Source: Octopus vulgaris
Taxonomy: Eukaryota
NCBI GenBank assembly: GCA_951406725.2
Contig: OX597826.1
Location: forward strand, 37,758,001-37,822,000
Reading direction: 5' to 3'
DNA: 64,000 bases
The position numbers and the translations under genes were made by a program. Under the pieces are notes generated by a model. That model made no database searches and was not told the DNA's origin. It saw nothing but the letters and a program-made list of their open reading frames with translations. Positions 55,435 through 64,000 of this stretch are shown here, one piece after another (position 1 is the first letter of the stretch; every line of letters begins with the position of its first letter).

Positions 55435-57009
55435 AAACTGGATAACTGGTTCTTATAGTAAAATAGAATTTCTGTTTGGTACCCAAGGAAGGTAGGAAAA
55501 CGGTAGCAGAATGTTGAAGCTGTTCAATGATGTAGAACTGTCAACCGTGGTGGTCATAGTGGAATCAACATACATTAAAGGTGATGAGGATAGATATAAA
55601 GATGAGAGGAGAGCGTGAGGGGAGGCTGGGTACGATGACTTATGAAGATGGTGACGATGACGACCACGATGACGACCATGGTGGTGGGACGACCACGATG
55701 ACGACCATGGTGGTGGGGGAGGTAGCGGCGGCGGCGGCGGCGGCGGGGGTGATGGCGGCGGCGGTGGTGGTGGTGGTAGTGGCGGTGGTGGTGGTGGTGG
55801 TGGTGGTGGTGGTGGTGGTAGCGGTGATGGTGATGGTGATGATGGTTGTGCGTGTGTGGTAATATTTGTTGGTAATGTTGGTGGTAGTCTTAGTAATGGT
55901 AGTTGTAGTAGTAGTAGTAGTAGTTATTGTGGTTGTGGTGCTGGTGCTGGTGGTAACGATGGTGTCTTTTTGTTTTTTTGTCTTGAGTCTTTTTTTTTTG
56001 TTACTTTGTTCTTTTTCTGTTGTATTTTCTTTCAATAAAGTAACATCAATTTTAGAATTGCCGAAAAGGAAAATCACCCCTAACCAATTTCACTGATATT
56101 TCTTCCTAAATTGAATTCTGCTGTTATTTTGATGACAAAACACATTAGAAAATGGTCGAGTAAACATAGAAGTTGGAAAGTAAATGAAGGATTTTCAGGT
56201 TCCAGGCATTCTGTGTCTTTAATATTGCTTCTAGCTACATTACTGTGCAAAACAATAGAGATAGATATTGTTATGGATTAAGTTTTAACATGAAAGAAGC
56301 CAATAATTTCACACCAAAAAAAAAAAAATAAATAAGAAACGGTTTCCAAAGAATCAACAAAATACGACAGCAAAATAAGAAACTTATAAACTGGTTCCTT
56401 CTTTCAGAAAGAGCTAAATGTGTGCGCGCGTTTGTGTGTGTGTGCGTGTTCGTGTGTGTGTGTGTGTGTGAGAGAGTGTATGCATGTGCGCGTGTGTGTG
56501 TATGTGTGGGGGGATATATATATACCTATGTAAATATACATATATATGTATATATATATGCATATATCATATACATTCATATATATGCATAGCAATATAT
56601 ACATTTATATACATATATATATATGTGTGTATGTGTGTGTGTGTGTATCAACTGAGGTTCCTGTTTGGAAAGTTACTCCATTTACATATTAAACGGAGGA
56701 AATTATGTAAACAAACAAGAAAAATATTACCGTGATGTAATGGTTCGATCGGGGCCCTCAATACAGCAAACATTTAATATTTAAACGAAAAATTACGAAT
56801 AAAACCCATTAATAGCTCCTTTTAAAACCTAAGGTGTTTAAAATGTTTCTAAAATGTTGAAAGTAGAAAGGAAGCGAAAATATGAAAACTTAAAGAAAGA
56901 AATATTATCCCGGTCGATAATAGGAAAATACAAAGCACATTATTTAATAATGGGGGATTATCAAAGTAACGAGAATGAAAAAAAAAAATCATCGTAAGAA
57001 GAAACAAAG

Positions 57010-57295
<286 letters not shown>

Positions 57296-58079
57296 ACAAC
57301 AACGTTTGCTCAGTTTTAATTCCATAATGTTACAGGGTAACAACTACAAAGACTTACATGTATTAGATGTCAGTAACAACAAAGAAGAAATATTGCAAGC
57401 TTGAAGGGCAGCCGGTACAAGTTTAATATTATATTATATAAGAAGAAGACAGACAGGCTAAAAATACGAGATAAACCAAGAGTTGTAATGAAAGATGGAA
57501 AATAAAACGAAATTAAATGAACAGGAAAAATTCACCCAAACAAATATCTACATTAAATCCACAAAACTAAATTGCTGTATTAGCTGAGGGGTTTTAATCC
57601 ATTCTAATTTTTTTTCTTTTGCTAACAAAATAATCATTGTATTTTTTCTTCGTTTTAGAAATCTACGATTTCTTCCTATTCTCTACTTATTAAATCATAT
57701 GAAACAGTTATATTGCCAAAAGATTGAAATTGCCGTCGGAAAAAAACTAGTAGCAAACCTGTCAAATTGAAATCGAAGACACCAAAAATTGTAGAACAAA
57801 ACCTGTAAACAGAAGAGCATTTCATGTAATGGAATGTAAGAAACAGAAAAAAATGTGTGTAAAATATCAAAAAAGACCCCCGCCTTTGGAAGCCATTATT
57901 AATTTAACATTCTAGAAACAATGAACAAATAGATTTTTATTACATTCTTGTATCACGACGAAGACACTTATTGCCTCCTCCTGTTTCATTGAATAATGTC
58001 ATCAATATATTTCTGTCTCTTAAAGTAGACTCTGTATAGATGTACGTGGTGCTATACTTTGCTAACTTACTAATATCTA

Positions 58080-58940
58080 ATATTGGTTTCAAAATTTGGC
58101 ATAAGGTCAGTTGTGTCGGCGGATGGAATAAGTCGATTACATCGACCCCAGTGTCCCACTGGTACTTATTCTATCGACCTCAAAGGAATGAAAGGCAAAG
58201 TCTATCGTGGCAGAATTTGAACTCAGCAAATAAAGACGAACAAAACACCGCTAAGCATTTTGCCCGGTGTTAACAATTCTGCCAGCTCTGCCCCTTATAC
58301 CTATAACTAATATTATCCGTCTGTTTCTTATGTCTTTATTGTCCATAAGGGGCTAAACATAGAGGGAACAAATAAGGACAGACAAAGGGATTAAGTCGAT
58401 TACATCGACCTCAGTGCGTAACTGGTACTTAATTTATCGACCCCGAAAGAATGAAAGGCAAAGTTGACCTCGGCGGAATTCGAACTCAGAACCTAGCGGC
58501 AGACAAAATACCTATTTCTTTACTACCCACAAGGGGCTAAACACAGAGAGGACAAACAAGGACAGACAAACGGATTAAGTCGATTACATCGACTCCAGTG
58601 CGTAACTAGTAGTTAATTTATCGACCCCGAAAGGATGAAAAGCAAAGTCGACCTTGGCGGAATTTGAACTCAGAGCGTAACGACAGACAAAATACCGCAA
58701 AGCATTTCTGCCAGCTTTTTTTTTTTCAATTTGAGAAATATCCACAAATAACTTTTGGTCCCGAAAGATGATTAAGCATCATTACCCATCTGCTTCTGGT
58801 AACCTCCAAGGTCGACTGTGGTTTGCATCCTTTCGGAATCGATAACATAAGTATCAACTGAGCACTGAGGTTGATGTGATTGATTTACGCACCTCCCCTC
58901 CCTCCAAAATGGTTGTCTTGTGCCAACATTCGAAACCAAT
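58080..58940 (-). mobile_element. Cluster of SINE family C copies, including a tandem pair at ~58325-58715
   Basis: Repeated AAGTCGATTACATCGAC..CAGTG..TTATCGACCCCGAAAG..GAAAGGCAAAGTCGACC. Other copies at ~12235-12450, 15480-15575, 33595-33810, 45745-45850 and 59765-60085. Confidence 0.82.
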
Positions 58941-59593
58941 GTTATTTATCTATCTCTTTAGCTATCCAGCTATCCATCGACCTACCAGCCGATCTATTTG
59001 ACTTTACCTTACTGATCCAGCAGATCCACACAGTTTTAGCATCACATCATGAAATTTTAAATTAATAGCAAACCATTGAAAATTATTTAATTGTTATAAA
59101 GGATTTCAATTAATCATATATTAATGAGATTGATATCAAAGCGTAGGCGAAATACCTATTATTATTACTCTAATACAAGTATAAAGACTTAACTATATCA
59201 AATATTGATCATGTACAATTAATGAGAGGGTAATCTGGAAAACGGCAAAGGAACCAACCTTCATTAAGTGTTTCGAAGAAAGATACAATTGAGGCGATTC
59301 AAGTGATATTCACCAGACTCAGACAAGAATTCATACACCATTTTCAATTGGTCAAACATTCATCATATAAATTATGAATAATGACTTCAACCTTTATTCA
59401 AAGTAATGACTTTAATTGAAACAAATTTAAATAAAGATTCTCCTTAGCCTAAATATGTTCAGAGAATAACTTGGGAAGCAACATCGAAATACATTAGTCA
59501 GATACAGAGGGACTTTAGTCGATAGTTTTTTTACGGTCTTCTAGACAGAGTGCCAGATAGATAGATAGATGATAGATAGATAGATAGATAGAT

Positions 59594-59688
<95 letters not shown>

Positions 59689-60339
59689 CAGAATGTTCAC
59701 TAACACTACCCTCAACAAGGAACCCAAATCTCGTAAAATATCTGTTTAATATTGATTTCAAATTATTCAAATTCCGCCGAGATCGACTTTGCCTTTCATC
59801 CTTTCAGGGTCGATAAATTAAGTAACCGACTGGCCCCCTCCCACCAAATTTCGGGTTTTGTGCCTAGAGTAGAAAAGAATATCGATATCAAATTTTGGCA
59901 GAAGGCCAACAATTTCGGAAGAGAGGATAAGTTGATTACATTAACCCCAATATTCGACTGGTACTTATTTCATCGACCCCGAAAGGATGATACCCTAGCG
60001 GAATTTGAACTTAGAAGGTAAAGTCAAATGAAATGCCGTTAAGCAATTTTCCCGGCGTGCTAACGGTTCTTCCAGCTCACCACTTTAAATATCTATTTGA
60101 TATTAACTACGAGAAATAATTTGCTGCGGTAAATACAAACTCATATCCATGGAGGAAGTTGTTGATTATTATATGTGTACCAGTGCTTGACTGGTGCACA
60201 TATTATTGACTCGGGAGGAGAGAAAACAAAAGTCAACAACACGAAGACATTTTTCAAGATTTTAAAGGGGGTTGAATAAACATGAAAAGAATAATCATAA
60301 TTGGAGGAATAACACAGTTAATACTACTACTACTTCAGC

Positions 60340-60710
60340 ATTCCGTCTGTTGCGACGACGGGGGTTCCAGGTGATCCGATCAACGGAACAGCCTGCTCGT
60401 GAAATTAACGAGCAAGTGACTGAGCACTCCACAGACACGTGTACCCTTAATGTAGTTCTCGGGGAGATTCAGTGTGACACAGTGTGACAAGGCTGTCCCT
60501 TCGAAATACAGGTACAATAGAAACAGGAGTGTGAGAAAGTTGTGGTGAGAGAGTAGAGCAGGGTTCGCTACCCAACCCCCTGCTGGAGCCTTGTGGAGCT
60601 GTAAGTGTTTTCACTCATTAAACACTCACAACGCCCAGTCTGGGAATCAAAACCACGATCCTATGACCGCGAATCCGCTGCCCTATCCACTGGGCAATTG
60701 CTGCGCCTCC
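60340..60710 (-). mobile_element. SINE family B copy
   Basis: Colinear with 10225-10577. A related diverged copy lies at ~29605-29850. Confidence 0.85.
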
Positions 60711-60959
60711 ACTACTCTTAATACTAAAAGACAATTTTCTTCTGCGATATTCTAGTCACATGTTCGTAGTGCTGGAGCTGTGAGTTTTCAATGCGTATAA
60801 ATAGCGGATCACTTTGGAGAATTACGTAACCTGTCGAACAATGTTGCAATACAGATCCTTCGGAAGGAACCCATTTCGGTCACTTATATTTGCGATCGTA
60901 TTTCTCAATCTAAAAGGGGTTTTTTTACCCAATATCTATATGCTACCATTTATAGATTT

Positions 60960-62408
60960 ATGTCCATCGAGATCCATTGCTTCCGCCTCAAACTTTGCGC
61001 ATACTACCACGCGTCCCCGCAGCGTCACAACAATCAGGATTGCCTTTTGGAGCTGGGGCGTCGTCCATCCATCTGGACGCCGCCCCCAGGCCTTTTCAGT
61101 AGCCTAGATTCGTTTGTACATGACTGCAACGCTTTGGTCCACCGTTTCAACTTTGAACCAAGACCCCGCCGAGCCAACCTCACTCGGGCCGAATCCATCG
61201 CCCTTCGCCACCTCCGCCGTCGTGATGACATTGTCATCAAACCGGCGGACAAAGGCGGGGCGGTGGTAGTGTGGCGCGCGGACCTATACAGGGAGGAAGC
61301 GCTCAACCAGCTTCAAAATCCCCTCTTCTATCGCCTCCTCCCCTCCGATCCCACCTCCTCCTACCAACAGCGAGTGTCCTCCACCATCCACGACCTCATC
61401 TCCTCCTCCGCTCTCCCCCTCACCGCCACCAACCTCATCGTCCGCACACCCCGCACCTCCACCATCTACTTCCTTCCCAAGATCCATAAACCCTCTAACC
61501 CTGGCCGTCCCATAGTCTCTGCCTGTAATTGCCCCACTGAACTCATCTCCCTATACCTCGACCGCATCCTGTCCCCCTTAGTCGCAGCCCTCCCATCCCA
61601 CATACACGACACCAACCACGCCCTCCGTCTCTTCAATTCCTTTTCCTTCCCTTCCAGCCCCTCACACCTCCTCTTCACCTTAGATGTAAAATCCCTGTAC
61701 ACAGTGATTCCCCACAATGACGGTCTCCTAGCCCTCCAACACTTCCTCGACCGTCGTCCCGACCCCACCCCCAGCACCCCCACCCTTCTCCGTTTGGCTG
61801 AGCTCGTCCTCACCCTCAATTGCTTCACGTTCGCCGGGGAAACGTACCAACAGGTGTCCGGGGTCGCGATGGGAACTAGGATGGGCCCCAATTTCGCCAA
61901 TCTCTTTCTTGGCTACATTGAGGCCCAAGTGTTCTCCCAGTTCTCTGGGCCGACCCCCGAACTATACGGTCGCTATATCGACGACTGTGTAGGTGCCACC
62001 TCCCTTTCCCGGGAACTTCTCGGCCAATTCATCTCTTTCCTTTCCAACTTTCACCCCTCTCTTCAATTCACCTCCACCATCTCCAACACCTCTGTCAACT
62101 TCCTTGACATCTCTCTCCGCATCGATCACCCCTCCAGCTCTCTCACCACCACCGCCTTCTTTAAACCTACGGATTCCCACCTCTATCTCAACTTCTCTTC
62201 CTCCCACCCCTTCCACACCAAACGAGCCATCCCCTACTCCCAGTTCCTCCGCCTCCGACGTTTGTGCAGCCGCGACCAGGATTTCGAGACCCAATCTCAA
62301 TACCTGGCCCGCATGTTCAGACTCCGAGGTTACCCACCCACACTCCTCTCTGATGCCCTCACCCGCGCCCGTCGCATCGACCGCACTACCGCCTTGTCTC
62401 CTTCCCCC
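60960..62408 (+). CDS. PLE reverse transcriptase portion (N-terminus missing)
   Basis: Uninterrupted frame with the YIDD catalytic motif and thumb region. After ~62408 this frame degenerates into non-homologous Pro-rich sequence. Confidence 0.9.
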
Positions 62409-63037
62409 GCCCACCCCCCAACCGCACCCCCTTCCCCCTCCTTTTCCACCCCTCTACCCTACCCCTTCGTCGCAAGATACTACGTGCCTTCCGTCGCCTC
62501 CAGCTTGATCCCACCACCCGCCCCATTTTCCCTAACCCACCCCTGTCCTCTTTCAAACGAGCCCGCAATCTGCGTGACCTCCTGGTCCACAGCACCCTCT
62601 CCCCTTCCCCCTCAGCCCCACACGGATCATTCCCTTGCTCTAGATCCCGCTGCAACACTTGCCCCTTCATCACCAACACCACCGCTGTCACCGGCTCCAA
62701 CCTGCATACTGTACGCATTAGGCACTCTTTTACGTGCACCTCGTCTGGCCTTATTTACTGCATTAAATGCAACCTATGCGGGATGCTGTATGTAGGTCAG
62801 ACGGGACGCCGGTTGTCCGACCGTTTCACTGAACACTTGAGGGACGTTCGCCTACACTCTTTTTCTCCCGTCGCACGCCACTTCCGCTCGGCCGGCCATT
62901 CCCGAGATGACATCTCAGTGTTTGGTCTCGCCCCCCACAATGGTCGCCCACTTTCCAGGCTCCACTTGGAGCAACGCTACATCTTCACCCTACAAACTAC
63001 CACCCCACACGGACTTAACACAGCCCCCTCCTCTTGA
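62408..63037 (+). CDS. PLE Cys-rich linker + GIY-YIG endonuclease (-1 frame relative to RT)
   Basis: Same frame as track ORF 62783..63037. Contains CxxxxCxxC linker, LIY-CxxC-xxC-LYVG (GIY-YIG), R..RF.EH, HF..GH and a terminal GLN. Confidence 0.9.
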   Translation, partial: RPPPNRTPFPLLFHPSTLPLRRKILRAFRRLQLDPTTRPIFPNPPLSSFKRARNLRDLLVHSTLSPSPSAPHGSFPCSRSRCNTCPFITNTTAVTGSNLHTVRIRHSFTCTSSGLIYCIKCNLCGMLYVGQTGRRLSDRFTEHLRDVRLHSFSPVARHFRSAGHSRDDISVFGLAPHNGRPLSRLHLEQRYIFTLQTTTPHGLNTAPSS

Positions 63038-63455
63038 GACCGTTTTTTTTTTTTTTTTTTTTTTTCCGGACACACCACCCACACACACCCACCCACCTAC
63101 CTCCCACCCACCTACCTACCTCCCACACGCCTGTTCACACACACACATACGTAGACCCATCTACGTACATACATTCACACATTTAATCACACACACTTAC
63201 AGACACACATGCACATACACACACACATACATACACACACGCATACATACTTACACACACACACACACACAGACATACATACACACATACACACACACAT
63301 ACATACGCACATACATACACACACACTCACACACACACACCGCACGTACATACCTCACACACACACACATGCACACATACATGTAGGCACATACATACAT
63401 ACATACCCACACATGCACACCCGTACACTGAATGCACACACACATACACCTTTTT

Positions 63456-63660
63456 GCATCCAGGCAGCCCCCCCTCTTTTCTGCTTTCCGGTTTTGGCTG
63501 ATGGATCCTCGGTTCCCGCGTAGCGGGGCGTTCGAGGGCCTTTGCGCTCGCGCGCCTTGGCGCGCGCTGGGGGCTCGGTCGGCCCCTTTGGGCTTGCGTT
63601 GCACTGCTTGTGCGTTGTGTGCGTGAGCGCGCTTCGTGTGTGTGGGCTTGCTTCGGATGT
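63456..63660 (+). other. GC-rich, A-poor foldable island in the presumed PLE 3' UTR
   Basis: Hairpins CCCGC-GTA-GCGGG (63515-63527) inside CCTCG..CGAGG, CGCGCGCC-TT-GGCGCGCG (63549-63566) and GGGGC-7nt-GCCCC (63570-63586). Ends CATCCAGGCAGCCC and GGGCTTGCTTCGGATG are imperfectly complementary. Flanked by CA-rich microsatellite. Confidence 0.55.
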
Positions 63661-64000
63661 GCGCTTGCGTATGTTTGCATACATACCCACACACTCGCAT
63701 GCATCCCTACCCACATACATACACGCACACCTACTCACACACACACATACACACACACACACACACACACATACCTACATACTCCTATACGCACATACAT
63801 ACACACAGACATACACACATACACACTCACACAAACATACACACACACATACTTACACACACACTCACCTGCACGCGCACACACATGCATGACAAACACT
63901 CATACACTCACACTCACATACGCACACACCAACATAAACACGCACACGCACACACACACCTACACTCCCACACACATACACACGCACCTACATACACACA

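Larger units (their letters stand above)
60960..63037 (+). mobile_element. Penelope-like retroelement (Neptune-like), RT + C-terminal GIY-YIG endonuclease, 5'-truncated, one frameshift
   Basis: ORF 60960.. has PLE RT motifs: IKPADKGGAVVV, YFLPKIHKP..PGRPIVS, LDVKSLYTVIPH, GVAMGTRMGPNFANLF, RYIDD, FLD, KPTDSHLYL..SSSHP..TKRAIPYSQFLRLRRLCS. Shifting frame at ~62408 continues RTPFPLLFHP..FKRARNLRDLLVHS..CSRSRCNTC..FTCTSSGLIYCIKCNLCGMLYVGQTGRRLSDRFTEH..HF..GH..EQRYIFTLQTTTPHGLN to TGA at 63035-63037. Confidence 0.95.

Noticed and set aside
61034-62739. Antisense and alternate-frame ORFs over the PLE
   Set aside because: Expected shadow ORFs of GC-rich, strand-biased coding sequence.
63498-63540. 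CTGATGG as hammerhead core, or island as SECIS
   Set aside because: No GAAA partner and no ATGA/AA/GA SECIS arrangement; the ORF has no in-frame TGA.

Overview
Eukaryotic, AT-rich, microsatellite-saturated DNA that looks intronic or intergenic. The SINE content is typical of a coleoid cephalopod, most likely Octopus (inferred, not verified). No host protein-coding exon can be supported; almost all ORFs in the track are translations of simple repeats. Supported content: (i) a young, 5'-truncated Penelope-like retroelement (RT plus C-terminal GIY-YIG, Neptune-like Cys linker, one frameshift) at ~60.96-63.04 kb, followed by a GC-rich foldable island; (ii) older PLE RT and endonuclease relics; (iii) three decayed Tc1/mariner transposons; (iv) two R4/Dong-like RLE-LINE 3' fragments next to trinucleotide repeats; (v) a non-autonomous Helitron nested in a SINE; (vi) many copies of three SINE families and a fourth dispersed repeat. 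The most notable signal is a set of at least six unrelated short elements, mostly abutting (TA)n tracts, that each carry a minimal type-I hammerhead-ribozyme-like motif. Several are arranged as outward-facing inverted pairs, and the catalytic core varies at the 3-8 pair (C3-G8, G3-C8, U3-A8, U3-G8). All ribozyme calls are by-eye folding and untested.
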